A stretch of 64,000 nt of DNA from Bacteroidota bacterium (GCA_019638705.1 JAHBTI010000016.1:4177-68176); one strand, 5' to 3'; positions 26,740-37,070 are shown, counted from the stretch's first letter. Program-made: numbers and translations. Notes: generated by a model from the sequence alone, not told the origin.

Positions 26740-26788
26740 AGGCACTGGTGTTTGAGACCAGCGCGTCTACCAATTCCGCCATCGAGGC
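26702..26788 (-). tRNA. tRNA-Leu (CAA)
   Basis: GCCTCGATGGCGGAATTGGTAGACGCG-CTGGT-CTCAAAC-ACCAG-long variable arm-GCCGGTTCGACTCCGGC-TCGGGGT-A-CCA; 87 nt. Confidence 0.97.
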
Positions 26789-26805
26789 ATTTTAAATTGG
26801 GAGCG

Positions 26806-26813
26806 CAAAACTA
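26806..26813 (-). promoter_or_regulatory. -7 promoter box for tRNA-Leu (TAGTTTTG)
   Basis: TAnnTTTG match on the minus strand, 17 bp upstream of the tRNA. Confidence 0.6.
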
Positions 26814-26875
26814 ATATTTGTTTTCTTTCACACCAAATAAAATCTCAAAATTATTGCCGTGCCTCTAAAAACCAC

Positions 26876-26883
26876 TATATTTG
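26876..26883 (+). promoter_or_regulatory. -7 promoter box for prs-rplY (TATATTTG)
   Basis: Exact TAnnTTTG match, 16 bp upstream of the prs ATG. Confidence 0.6.
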
Positions 26884-26899
26884 CACCTCCTAAAAAAAC

Positions 26900-27832
26900 A
26901 TGGAATCGCAGGTAAAATTTTTTTCGGGCATTGCCACCGAAACTTTAGCTCAAAAAATTGCCAAATCTTACGGTAAAGACTTGGGTAAAGTGGTTCATTA
27001 CCGCTTTAGCGACGGTGAATTGCAGGCTTCTTACGAAGAAAGTATCCGGGGTCAAAATGTGTTTATCATTCAAAGCACACCGCCGCCGGCAGATAATTTA
27101 ATGGAACTGCTTTTGCTGATTGATGCGGCAAAACGCGCAAGTGCCAACCAAATTGTTGCCGTTATTCCATACTTTGGTTATGCGCGCCAAGACCGCAAAG
27201 ACCAACCGCGTGTAGCAATCGGCGCAAAATTGGTGGCTGATATGTTAGCCGTGGCAGGTGCAACGCGCGTAATGACCATGGATTTGCACGCCGACCAAAT
27301 TCAGGGCTTTTTTAATATTCCTGTTGACCATTTGTATGCTTCCACCATTTTTTTGCCTTACATTCAGTCGCTGAACTTAGAACACCTTACCATTGCCGCG
27401 CCCGACATTGGCGGCAGTAAACGTGCCAATGCGTATGCAAAACATTTTAAAGCCGATATGGTTATTTGCTATAAACAGCGTGCAAAAGCAAATGTGGTGG
27501 AAAGTATGACTGCCATTGGCGAAATTAAAGGGCGCAACATTATTTTGGTTGATGATATGGTGGACACGGGCGGAACATTGTGCAAGGCTGCGGATATGAT
27601 GATGGAACGCGGTGCATTGAGCGTAAGAGCAATATGCACACACGGTGTTCTGTCGGGCAAGGCGTATGAAACTATTGAAAATTCGCATTTGAAAGAATTG
27701 ATTGTTACAGATACCATTCCTCAAAAGCACGAAAGTGAAAAAGTAAAAGTGCTGAGTGTGGCAGATTTGTTTGCCAAAGTGATAAACAGCGTGCACAATT
27801 ACGAATCTATCAGCAGCAATTTTATTATTTAA
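26900..27832 (+). CDS. prs: Ribose-phosphate pyrophosphokinase
   Basis: FSDGE, PYFGYARQDRK, DLHADQIQGFF, LVDDMVDTGGT. Confidence 0.97.
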   Translation: MESQVKFFSGIATETLAQKIAKSYGKDLGKVVHYRFSDGELQASYEESIRGQNVFIIQSTPPPADNLMELLLLIDAAKRASANQIVAVIPYFGYARQDRKDQPRVAIGAKLVADMLAVAGATRVMTMDLHADQIQGFFNIPVDHLYASTIFLPYIQSLNLEHLTIAAPDIGGSKRANAYAKHFKADMVICYKQRAKANVVESMTAIGEIKGRNIILVDDMVDTGGTLCKAADMMMERGALSVRAICTHGVLSGKAYETIENSHLKELIVTDTIPQKHESEKVKVLSVADLFAKVINSVHNYESISSNFII

Positions 27833-27933
27833 AAAAAAAGATAATTCCGTTATAAACAATTAAACATAAACGGGTGAAAGAAATTGAAACGGACAATTTT
27901 AATTACCCACAAACAAAAAAAATAAAACAGAAA

Positions 27934-28560
27934 ATGAAAACTGTACAATTGAGCGGTTCGCCACGAGCGAACGTAGGAAAAACAGATGCTGCGGCGTTGC
28001 GCGCCGCAGGACAAGTGCCATGTGTAATTTACGGAGCGGGTGAGCAAGTTCACTTCAGTGCCGACATTCGCCACTTTAAAAACATTATTTTTACCCCTGA
28101 AACAAATTTGGTGGAAGTGGGCGTGAACGGAAAAAAATACAAAACCGTTTTGCAGGAAGCGCAATTTCACAAACTTACCGACAGTTTAATTCACGCCGAC
28201 TTTTTGCAGGTAACAGACGATAAACCTGTGTCTGTAAAACTTCCGGTGAAAACCATTGGACAAGCCGAAGGTGTGAAAGCAGGCGGAAAATTGAACTTAA
28301 AATTGCGTAAAGTAAAAGTAAAAGGCTTAATTTCAAAATTGCCTGAATACATTGAACTGAACATTGAGCCTTTAACTATCGGAAAAGGCATTTCGGCAGG
28401 CGATATTCACATTGACGGTGTTACCTTGCTGCACCCGAAAAACATTTCGGTAGTAAGTGTTGATACAACCCGCGCTGCTGCCTCGGTTGAAGCTGCCGCT
28501 GCTACTGATGCCAAAGCTGCTGCTCCTGCCGCTGCTGCCAAAGCACCTGCAAAAAAATAA
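27934..28560 (+). CDS. rplY: 50S ribosomal protein L25 / general stress protein Ctc
   Basis: GQVPCVIYG, IHADF; ATG 27934 preferred; Ala-rich tail. Confidence 0.95.
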   Translation: MKTVQLSGSPRANVGKTDAAALRAAGQVPCVIYGAGEQVHFSADIRHFKNIIFTPETNLVEVGVNGKKYKTVLQEAQFHKLTDSLIHADFLQVTDDKPVSVKLPVKTIGQAEGVKAGGKLNLKLRKVKVKGLISKLPEYIELNIEPLTIGKGISAGDIHIDGVTLLHPKNISVVSVDTTRAAASVEAAAATDAKAAAPAAAAKAPAKK

Positions 28561-28580
28561 TTCAATCTTTATTGAAATTA

Positions 28581-28613
28581 AAAATCCCCACAAGATTATC
28601 TCGTGGGGATTTT
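28581..28613. terminator. Intrinsic terminator between rplY and fbp
   Basis: AAAATCCCCAC / GTGGGGATTTT stem. Confidence 0.8.
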
Positions 28614-28630
28614 TTGTTTTGTTCTCGTCA

Positions 28631-28670
28631 TAGCTCGAACTGACAAAAGTCGTAGCTCGAACTGACAAAA
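28631..28670. repeat. Tandem TAGCTCGAACTGACAAAA (two copies), remnant of the repeat family at 40873
   Basis: Copies at 28631 and 28653 share GCTCGAACTGACA with 40914-40926. Confidence 0.6.
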
Positions 28671-28671
28671 A

Positions 28672-29685
28672 TTAAACTTTCTCTGCGGAATGTTTTGTCA
28701 TAAAATCCATTGCCGTGTCCACCATATCTGAACTTCCGAGAAACAACGACGTGCGCTGATGAAGTTCGGTAATCGGCACTTCCATAATCCGTTTTTCGCC
28801 TGTGGTGGCTTTGCCTCCCGCCTGCTCTATTATAAACGCCAAAGGATTGCACTCGTACAGCAATCGTAATTTCCCTTTGGGTGATTTTGTTGTGGTGGGG
28901 TAAACGTAAATGCCGCCGTTAATTAAATTACGGTGAATGTCTGCCACGCCCGAACCTATGTAGCGCGAGGAGTACGGACGGTTGGTTGCCTTATCTTCTT
29001 CCTGACAATACTTGATGTATTTTTTTACACCCTCAGGAAAGTGTAAATAATTTCCCTCGTTAATGGAATAAATTTTTCCTGATTTGGGTGTTGTTAAATT
29101 GGGGTGCGACAAACAAAATTCGCCGATGCTCGGGTCAAGCGTAAAACCATTTACGCCCTTGCCTGTGGTGTAAACCAGCATACAGCTTGAACCGTAAATA
29201 ATGTAACCTGCCGCCACCTGCTCCGTGCCTTTTTGCATAAAATCTTGCAGCGTTCCTGCACCGTTTAAGGAAGTACGGCGGTAAATAGAAAAAATTGTGC
29301 CCACAGAAACATTTACATCAATGTTTGAAGAACCGTCTAAAGGGTCCATAGCAACCACATATTTTGCGCTTTTAGATACTGCGTTGTCAATGGGAATAAT
29401 GTCGTCGTTTTCTTCACTTGCAATAGCGCACACTTCGCCGCCCGCCTTAAATGCCGAAATAAATTGTTCGTTGGCAAACACATCTAACTTTTTTACTTTT
29501 TCGCCCTGCACGTTTACAGTGCCTGTTTCGCCAAGAATTTCAACCAAACCCGCTTTGTTTACTTCGCGGTTTACAATTTTTGCTGCAATGCCTATATCGC
29601 GCAGCAAACGCGACAATTCGCCTTTGGCATAAGGAAAATCAGCCTGTTTTTCAATAACAAACTGACCTAATGTTTTTACCTCCAT
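28672..29685 (-). CDS. fbp: Class 1 fructose-1,6-bisphosphatase
   Basis: [41 protein letters not shown]; ATG 29685 preferred. Confidence 0.95.
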   Translation of the reverse strand: MEVKTLGQFVIEKQADFPYAKGELSRLLRDIGIAAKIVNREVNKAGLVEILGETGTVNVQGEKVKKLDVFANEQFISAFKAGGEVCAIASEENDDIIPIDNAVSKSAKYVVAMDPLDGSSNIDVNVSVGTIFSIYRRTSLNGAGTLQDFMQKGTEQVAAGYIIYGSSCMLVYTTGKGVNGFTLDPSIGEFCLSHPNLTTPKSGKIYSINEGNYLHFPEGVKKYIKYCQEEDKATNRPYSSRYIGSGVADIHRNLINGGIYVYPTTTKSPKGKLRLLYECNPLAFIIEQAGGKATTGEKRIMEVPITELHQRTSLFLGSSDMVDTAMDFMTKHSAEKV

Positions 29686-29807
29686 GTTTTTTAAAAAAAT
29701 TTTGAAACACAAAGTAACGGAAATTAAACAGAAGAAAAAATAAGTCCACACTCTGTGTAGTTTCAATAGCATTAATTAGTTATTTTCACACTTTTAATTT
29801 TTTAACT

Positions 29808-31268
29808 ATGTCTATTTGGAGAGTAAAACCTGTGTCGGCGTTTGAAGCCGATATGAAAAAAAGTGAATTAAAACGTGTTTTGGGAAAATGGAGTTTAACC
29901 GCTATTGGCATTGGTGCAATTATTGGTGGCGGCATTTTTGTTTTAACGGGCACAGGTGCGTATTATCACGCCGGTCCTGCTTTGGCTATTTCGTTTATCA
30001 TTGCAGGCATTGCCTGTGTGTTTGCGGCTTTGTGTTATTCGGAGTTTGCCTCAATCATTCCTGTGGAGGGTTCTGCTTACGCTTATGCTTACGGCACAAT
30101 CGGCGAAGTGTTTGCGTGGATTATCGGCTGGGGATTAATTTTAGAATACGCCATGGGTTCTATGACGGTGGCAGTATCGTGGTCGGGTTATTTTAACAAG
30201 CTGCTTAAAATGTTTCACATTCACCTCCCCGACTGGCTTACCACCGAGCCGGCGAGCTACACAGGCACAGGTTTCTCTATGAACTTGCCTGCCTTTTTAA
30301 TTGTGCTGCTGGTTATTTCCATTTTAATCAGAGGCACAAAGAGTGCGGCAAAAGCCAATAACATGATTGTTGTGCTTAAAGTTTCTGCCGTGTTGTTTAT
30401 AATTATAGCAGGATTGTTTTTTATCAATACCGCCAACTGGTCGCCTTTTATTCCCGAAGTAACGCAGATTGTGGACAAACATACCGTTCACAATGCTTAC
30501 GGATTTGCAGGCATTGTTTCAGGTGCGGCGGCTATTTTCTTTGCTTACGTTGGCTTTGATGCTGTTTCCACCCAAGCAGGCGAAGCCATTAATCCTAAAA
30601 AAGATGTCCCTTTTGCCATTATTACTTCGCTGATGATTTGTACCATACTTTACATTTTAGTTTCGCTTGTTTTAACGGGTATGATGAATTATCAGGACTT
30701 TAATCCTTTGGGAAAATATCCCGAAGCCATTAAAGCACCCGTTGCTTATGCCTTTGATATTGCAGGACAGGCATGGGCAGGCTACATTATTACCATTGCC
30801 GCCACCATCGGATTAATTTCAGTTTTAATGGTGATGATTATGGGGCAATCGCGTATTTTTTTGGGAATGTCAAAAGACGGCTTAATTCCGTCTGTGTTTT
30901 CAAAAATTAATCCTCTTTCAGGAACGCCAAAATATAATTTAATGATTTTGGGTGGAGTAATTGCCACCGTTGCTGCCTTTACACCCATTAATAAATTGGC
31001 AGACATGACAAGTTTCGGAACGCTGTTTGCCTTTACTATGGTTTGTATTGCCGTTTGGATTTTGAGAAAGAAAGAACCCAATTTACAACGTACATTTAGA
31101 GTTCCTGCACTACCCGTAATTGCCGTTTGCGGCATTGCCATTAATACTTATTTAATGATTAATTTAAGTAAAGATGCGCAGTTGCTTTCTATGGGCTGGT
31201 TGGCTATCGGTGTTTTAATTTACTTTGCATACAGCAAACGGAACAGCAAGTTGAATAAGCCTTTGTAG
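29808..31268 (+). CDS. Amino acid permease (APC family)
   Basis: GIGAIIGGGIF, GSAYAY, FFAYVGFD; multi-pass membrane protein. Confidence 0.92.
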   Translation: MSIWRVKPVSAFEADMKKSELKRVLGKWSLTAIGIGAIIGGGIFVLTGTGAYYHAGPALAISFIIAGIACVFAALCYSEFASIIPVEGSAYAYAYGTIGEVFAWIIGWGLILEYAMGSMTVAVSWSGYFNKLLKMFHIHLPDWLTTEPASYTGTGFSMNLPAFLIVLLVISILIRGTKSAAKANNMIVVLKVSAVLFIIIAGLFFINTANWSPFIPEVTQIVDKHTVHNAYGFAGIVSGAAAIFFAYVGFDAVSTQAGEAINPKKDVPFAIITSLMICTILYILVSLVLTGMMNYQDFNPLGKYPEAIKAPVAYAFDIAGQAWAGYIITIAATIGLISVLMVMIMGQSRIFLGMSKDGLIPSVFSKINPLSGTPKYNLMILGGVIATVAAFTPINKLADMTSFGTLFAFTMVCIAVWILRKKEPNLQRTFRVPALPVIAVCGIAINTYLMINLSKDAQLLSMGWLAIGVLIYFAYSKRNSKLNKPL

Positions 31269-31279
31269 AGAAAAGTTTC

Positions 31280-31705
31280 TTAATTCAAAATCCGCAGCAT
31301 ATTGCCGTCGTAGCTTGTGCCGTAAAGCCGCAATGCCCATTCGGCTGGACCTTGGGTAACCGTGCCGTCAAAAATGCGCCAGCGCGAATTGCTGATTGTA
31401 TCTCTTAAAGTAAAATTATCATTCATTACCTGCACTTTGGCTGCGGAATTATTTGGCGCGTAAGATGAAGTGCGCTCAACGGCAACAAATTCTTCCTGCG
31501 ATTTGCGGTAAACCACAATGCCGTTTATTCCGCCGTCAATATACACCCAGCCGCCGACCCACTGTAATTTTTGATACAAAGGGTCGTTGGGATAAAAAAC
31601 AATGTTTACAGGCACAGAGGGAACAGGATTATTGTTAGCCTGCTGATTTTTCTTGTCGCAGGAAAAAATTAAGAAAGTGAAAAAGAGGAAGAGGATTTTT
31701 TTCAT
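31280..31705 (-). CDS. Lipoprotein with a Rieske-like fold pattern but lacking Cys/His ligands
   Basis: Lipobox FSC; GI.VYR...F.A.ER; DG.V.QGPA..AL..Y; no CxH/CxxH motifs. Confidence 0.55.
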   Translation of the reverse strand: MKKILFLFFTFLIFSCDKKNQQANNNPVPSVPVNIVFYPNDPLYQKLQWVGGWVYIDGGINGIVVYRKSQEEFVAVERTSSYAPNNSAAKVQVMNDNFTLRDTISNSRWRIFDGTVTQGPAEWALRLYGTSYDGNMLRILN

Positions 31706-31816
31706 TATGAAAACAGATTTTCAAAGTTATGAATTTCTACGTTTCATTTCTTTAAACTATTTTCTATTTTTTATCCGTCCTTATTTTTCTACTTTTAAGA
31801 CCTTAAAAACAATACC

Positions 31817-33463
31817 GTGTCAGATTTTCCCGAAGATTTTTCAAAACCAAACGCTCCAAAAAAATTTAATCCTTTTATGCCTTTGTATTTTGCGCTGGTG
31901 CTGGCTGCGGGCGTGGGCATAGGATATTTTTTTACGTTCAATTCAAACTTTCAAAACCAAAATTTTCATTCTTCAAAATCAAGTAAAATAAACAACCTGC
32001 TTGATTACATTGAACTAAAATATGTGGACACCGTAAACCGCGCCGCTTTGGAAGATAAAACCATTCTTGCCATGCTCAAAAGTCTTGACCCGCACAGCGA
32101 TTTTATTCCCGCTTCGGATTTAAGCGCGGTGAACGAGCCTTTGGAAGGTAACTTTGACGGCATTGGCGTGGAGTTCAATATTATTAACGATACCATTCGC
32201 GTGATTTCGCCCATTATTGGCGGACCTTCGGAAAAAATCGGCATTAAAGCGGGCGACAAAATAATTAAAGTGAACGGCAAAAATGTGGCAGGAAATAAAA
32301 TCACAAGTAAGCAAGTGTTTGAGAAACTGCGCGGCAAAAGCGGAAGTCGCGTTACTTTGAGCATTCAGCGTTCGGGCATTTCAAAGCCGATTGATTTTGA
32401 CATCACGCGCGGAAAAATTCCCATTTACAGCATTGATGTGGCTTACATGATAAAACCGCAAATCGGTTACATTAAAATTTCGCGCTTTGCAGGAACAACG
32501 TATGACGAATATTTGAAAGCCTTTAATCAACTGAGCAAACAAGGTATGAAAAAACTGATTTTGGATTTGCGCGGAAACGGCGGCGGTTTCCTGAACACAG
32601 CCGTAAGCCTTGCCGATGAATTTTTGTCAAGCGGCTTGCAAATTGTTTATACCGAAGGAAAAGCGTATCCGAAAAAAACTTACAACGCCACATCGCGCGG
32701 AGGGTTTGAAGAAAATCCCTTGGTAGTTTTAATTGACGAAGGCAGCGCGAGTGCCAGCGAAATTGTTGCCGGAGCGTTGCAAGATAATGACCGCGCAACC
32801 ATTATAGGTCGCCGTAGTTTTGGTAAAGGCTTGGTGCAAGACCAAATTGATTTGCCCGACGGTTCTGCCCTGCGCCTCACCATTGCGCGCTATTACACGC
32901 CCACAGGACGCAGCATACAAAAACCATACGACAAAAGTTTAGATGAGTATTACAACGAAGAATACGAACGCTACGAACATGGCGAACTCTACACCGCCGA
33001 CAGCATTAAGGTGGACAGCACAAAAAAATACCGCACGCCAAACGGAAAAATTGTTTACGGCGGTGGTGGCATTGTGCCCGATATTTTTGTGTCGCTTGAC
33101 ACGGCGCGATACAGCACGGTGATTAACAAATTGTATTACAGCGGCGCGTTAAACACTTTTTCATTTGAATACGCAGACCGCAACCGCACACAGCTATTGA
33201 ACACTTACAAAACCGCAAATGATTTTATTACAAAATTCAATATCGGTAAAAATGAAATAGAGGCGTTGAGAAATTACCTCGCGCAAAAGAAAATTAATTC
33301 CATAAAAATTTCAGACAACGAAAAAGGCTTAGCTCAACTTTTAAAAGCCTTGATTGGTCGCAACCTGTTTGATAAAGATGCTTATTATCCAATCCTCAAC
33401 CAAAACGACAATGCGATTTTGAAAGGTGTGGAAGTGTTGGGGAAAGAGGGGGTGAAAGATTAG
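31817..33463 (+). CDS. S41 C-terminal processing peptidase (PDZ)
   Basis: LDPHS, GIGV, DLRGNGGG, SASASEIVAGALQD, SFGKGLVQ. Confidence 0.95.
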   Translation: MSDFPEDFSKPNAPKKFNPFMPLYFALVLAAGVGIGYFFTFNSNFQNQNFHSSKSSKINNLLDYIELKYVDTVNRAALEDKTILAMLKSLDPHSDFIPASDLSAVNEPLEGNFDGIGVEFNIINDTIRVISPIIGGPSEKIGIKAGDKIIKVNGKNVAGNKITSKQVFEKLRGKSGSRVTLSIQRSGISKPIDFDITRGKIPIYSIDVAYMIKPQIGYIKISRFAGTTYDEYLKAFNQLSKQGMKKLILDLRGNGGGFLNTAVSLADEFLSSGLQIVYTEGKAYPKKTYNATSRGGFEENPLVVLIDEGSASASEIVAGALQDNDRATIIGRRSFGKGLVQDQIDLPDGSALRLTIARYYTPTGRSIQKPYDKSLDEYYNEEYERYEHGELYTADSIKVDSTKKYRTPNGKIVYGGGGIVPDIFVSLDTARYSTVINKLYYSGALNTFSFEYADRNRTQLLNTYKTANDFITKFNIGKNEIEALRNYLAQKKINSIKISDNEKGLAQLLKALIGRNLFDKDAYYPILNQNDNAILKGVEVLGKEGVKD

Positions 33464-33490
33464 CAGAATGTTTATGCTCCTTTACGAAAT

Positions 33491-33976
33491 ATGAACTTGG
33501 AATACATAATTAAAACTTCAAATGAACTTTCTGAACAAGAAATAAAATATTGTTTAAAGTTACTCTTGTTGCAAAAACAAATAACTCCAACAAAAGAAAA
33601 AATAACCTCTTGTCCTTTTGTTTGTTTGGTCTATGACGAAAATATTCCAATTGCTCTTGGAGCAATTAAACAAGTTTCCAAAACTTATTTTGACAAAGCT
33701 GAAATAACTACTCTTAAAAGTAAATACGACTTTGAAATTGGATATTTCTATGTTCTTGAAAAAACGAAATATAGAGGAAAGAAAATTGCACAAAACATCT
33801 GCCAAAAATTATTGGAATGCATTAAAAACAAGAATGTGTTTGCTACAACTGAAGAAAGTAAGGAAAATCCGATGAAACACATTCTTGAAAAATTTGATTT
33901 TAAAAAAACAGGTAAAACATACATTGGGGAAAAAACGAAAAAAAATATTGGACTCTATTTACTGACAAGAAAATAA
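33491..33976 (+). CDS. GNAT-like N-acetyltransferase
   Basis: EIGYFYV...YRGKKIAQ...NVFATT...NPMKHILEKFDF; AT-rich. Confidence 0.65.
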   Translation: MNLEYIIKTSNELSEQEIKYCLKLLLLQKQITPTKEKITSCPFVCLVYDENIPIALGAIKQVSKTYFDKAEITTLKSKYDFEIGYFYVLEKTKYRGKKIAQNICQKLLECIKNKNVFATTEESKENPMKHILEKFDFKKTGKTYIGEKTKKNIGLYLLTRK

Positions 33977-34051
33977 ACTCTCTCAAATCTTGTTTAAATC
34001 TTCCACTTACTTTAAATTTATTGTGGCAAATAAAATTGCCAACTTTACACA

Positions 34052-36496
34052 ATGAACCACCATTTTTTAGATGAACTAAATCCCGTGCAGCGTGCGGCGG
34101 CTATGGCTACCGAAGGAGCTGTGATGATTATTGCCGGCGCGGGTTCGGGCAAAACGCGCGTGCTCACCTACCGCATTGCGCACCTTATGGAAAAAGGCGT
34201 TGATGCGTTTAATATTCTCGCGCTCACGTTTACCAATAAAGCCGCCCGCGAAATGAAAGAACGTATCGGAAAAATTGTAGGCGAAAAAGAAGCGAAAAAT
34301 TTATGGATGGGAACGTTTCACAGCATCTTCGCCAAAATGCTGCGCATAGAAGCCGCGAAAATCGGTTATCCCAACAACTTTACCATTTACGATACCGACG
34401 ACAGCAAAAGCGTAATTAAAGAAATTCTCAAGCAATTTAATTTAGACGATAAGGTTTACAAACCCTCGTTGGTACTCAACAGAATTAGCGACGCGAAAAA
34501 CAAACTCATTTCCGCGCAGCAATACATCAACAATCCTTTCACGCAAGCCGAAGACCAAAGCAGCCGCAAACCTATGCTGGGCAAGATTTACGAAGCCTAT
34601 CAAAAACGGAATTTTAAAACAGGAGCCATGGATTTTGACGATTTGTTGTATCAAACCAATATTTTGTTGCGCGATTTTCCCGAAGTGCTGTTGAAATACC
34701 AAAACAAGTTTCGTTATATTTTGGTGGACGAGTATCAGGATACCAATTTTTCGCAATATGTGATTATCAAGCAACTCGCGGCACGCTTTCAAAATATTTG
34801 CGTGGTGGGTGACGATGCACAAAGTATTTACGCCTTTCGCGGAGCTAACATTCAAAACATTTTGAATTTTGAAAAAGATTATCCCGACCTGAAAACTTTT
34901 AAGCTAGAGCAAAATTACCGCAGCACCAAAACCATTGTGGAAGCGGCAAACCAAATTATTGCCAACAACAAAGACCAGTTTGAAAAAAATGTGTTTACCG
35001 ACAACGAAGAAGGGCAAAAATTAAAAGTAGTTCGCGCCAGCACCGACAACGAAGAAGGGCAAAAAATTGCCAACAGCATTTTTGAAACCAAAATGCAAGA
35101 GCAAGCCATGAATTCCGACTTTGCCATTCTTTACAGAACAAATGCGCAATCCCGCTCTTTTGAGGAAGCCTTGCGAAGACTGAATATTGCTTACAAAATT
35201 TACGGTGGCATCAGCTTTTATCAGCGAAAAGAAATTAAAGATGTGTTGGCATATTATAAATTGACGATTAACAACAACGATGACGAAAGTTTGCGCCGCA
35301 TTATCAATTATCCCGCTCGCGGCATCGGGCAAACAACACTTGATAAAATTACCGTTGCCGCCGCCGAACACGATATTAGTATGTGGACGGTGATTAGCAA
35401 TCTCAAAGATTTTAATTTGGGAATTAACGCGGGAATAAGTTCCAAAATAAACGATTTTGTTACGCAAATAAAATCTTATTCTTTGCTGTTGCCTGTGAAA
35501 GATGCTTTTGAACTCGCCAATCACATTGCGGTAAACAGCAACATCGTAAAAGAACTTTATACTGACAAAACGCCCGAAGGCGTGAGCCGTTATGAAAATA
35601 TTCAGGAGTTGCTGAACGGTATAAAAGATTTTGTGGAACAGCCGCGCACGCCGCAGGAAAACGAGTTGAACGAGATTATCAAAGCAACCTTGTCGCAAAG
35701 CGATAGCACAGATTTATTTGTGCCAAGCGAACAAGATACGTCCATAAAAACGCTTGATGAATTTATGCAGGAAATTACTTTACTTACAAGCGTGGATAAC
35801 GAAGACGAGAAAGATACCAACAAAGACAAAGTGAGCCTGATGACCGTGCACGCCGCTAAGGGCTTGGAATTTCCGTATGTATATATTGTAGGTTTGGAAG
35901 AAAATTTATTCCCCTCGCAGCTTTCCATTAACGACCGCAGCGATTTGGAAGAAGAACGCCGTTTGTTCTACGTTGCCGTAACCCGCGCCGAAAAGCAAGC
36001 AACTTTGAGCTATGCTACTTCGCGTTACCGTTTTGGAAACATTACTTACTGCGAGCCGAGCCGTTTTATTGACGAGATTGATGCGAAATATTTGGATTTT
36101 CCCGAAGAGCCTGCCGCACCGGCGTTTTCAGGCAATACCTTTGACAGATTTCGCGATGAGTATGATGATATTCCGAAACGTGAAATTGGGTTTAAGAAAA
36201 ACAATTTTTCATCGCAAAATCAAAATGCTTCTTCATCAACAATCAATTTTAATCCGCCGCAAAAAAAATTAATTCGTTTAAATTCAAATGCGGCAAATTC
36301 TGCACCGCCTGCGGTGGACACGGCTTTAAACAAATCATTACAAACAGGCGATTTTGTTCTCCACGAAAAATTCGGCAAAGGACAAATTATTTCTTTGGAA
36401 GGCGCGTGGGCTGAAACCAAAGCCACTATTTTGTTTGAAAAAGCAGGGAATAAAAGTTTGTTGTTGAAGTTTGCCCGATTACAGAAATGCGATTAG
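34052..36496 (+). CDS. uvrD: UvrD/PcrA superfamily 1 helicase
   Basis: AGAGSGKT, TFTNKAA, VDEYQDTN, LEQNYRS, TVHAAKGLEF, EERRLFYVA. Confidence 0.95.
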   Translation: MNHHFLDELNPVQRAAAMATEGAVMIIAGAGSGKTRVLTYRIAHLMEKGVDAFNILALTFTNKAAREMKERIGKIVGEKEAKNLWMGTFHSIFAKMLRIEAAKIGYPNNFTIYDTDDSKSVIKEILKQFNLDDKVYKPSLVLNRISDAKNKLISAQQYINNPFTQAEDQSSRKPMLGKIYEAYQKRNFKTGAMDFDDLLYQTNILLRDFPEVLLKYQNKFRYILVDEYQDTNFSQYVIIKQLAARFQNICVVGDDAQSIYAFRGANIQNILNFEKDYPDLKTFKLEQNYRSTKTIVEAANQIIANNKDQFEKNVFTDNEEGQKLKVVRASTDNEEGQKIANSIFETKMQEQAMNSDFAILYRTNAQSRSFEEALRRLNIAYKIYGGISFYQRKEIKDVLAYYKLTINNNDDESLRRIINYPARGIGQTTLDKITVAAAEHDISMWTVISNLKDFNLGINAGISSKINDFVTQIKSYSLLLPVKDAFELANHIAVNSNIVKELYTDKTPEGVSRYENIQELLNGIKDFVEQPRTPQENELNEIIKATLSQSDSTDLFVPSEQDTSIKTLDEFMQEITLLTSVDNEDEKDTNKDKVSLMTVHAAKGLEFPYVYIVGLEENLFPSQLSINDRSDLEEERRLFYVAVTRAEKQATLSYATSRYRFGNITYCEPSRFIDEIDAKYLDFPEEPAAPAFSGNTFDRFRDEYDDIPKREIGFKKNNFSSQNQNASSSTINFNPPQKKLIRLNSNAANSAPPAVDTALNKSLQTGDFVLHEKFGKGQIISLEGAWAETKATILFEKAGNKSLLLKFARLQKCD

Positions 36497-36520
36497 GTGA
36501 AGAGCCACGATTAATCATTT

Positions 36521-36548
36521 GTGGAGACGCGATTAATCGCATCTCTAC
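36521..36548. repeat. GTAG-type REP palindrome GTGGAGACGCGATTAATCGCATCTCTAC
   Basis: Imperfect palindrome centred on ATTAAT, with a degenerate partial copy just upstream; lies between convergent genes. Confidence 0.7.
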
Positions 36549-37070
36549 TTAATCTATTGGTTTTCGTTTAATTGGAAATCTGATAATTATAACCCCATAA
36601 AGTAGAAACCATATACATAATATAATTGCATCGCCACTACCTATCATTCCTATTAAAATTCCTATAAGAGATATAATTATGCCAAGTACATAAAGGATAT
36701 ATGCAAGCAAACTTTTTCTCTCATAATAATATGTGATTAATAATATCAAAGGTAATGCAACAATTGCTATAACTCCAATAAGTAGAATTTCAAATTCAAT
36801 CATATTTCCAATAACACGACCAATTTTAGCGGCTAATAATGATAATGGTATTATAAGAACTATAATCCCACCAATTGTATAAAGGATATTTGCATATATT
36901 TTTTTTCTTGTGAAATAATATGCAATTAATATTACAAGAGGAATTGTAATTAATAGCACCCCAATAATCAAAATCTCAAACGCTCCCCCAAGAACATGTT
37001 GAATCTCACTTGCTAATAACGCCATTGGCATTAAAAACATTAATATGAAAAAAGTTGCCCGACTTCTCAT
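36549..37070 (-). CDS. AT-rich membrane protein with an internal duplication
   Basis: ATG 37070 preferred; EILIIGVLL...AYYFTRKKIYANILY versus EILLIGVIA...TYYYERKSLLAYILY. Confidence 0.65.
   Translation of the reverse strand: MRSRATFFILMFLMPMALLASEIQHVLGGAFEILIIGVLLITIPLVILIAYYFTRKKIYANILYTIGGIIVLIIPLSLLAAKIGRVIGNMIEFEILLIGVIAIVALPLILLITYYYERKSLLAYILYVLGIIISLIGILIGMIGSGDAIILCIWFLLYGVIIIRFPIKRKPID

Noticed and set aside
26522-26782. 86-aa minus-strand ORF
   Set aside because: It is the tRNA-Leu sequence plus integrase antisense.
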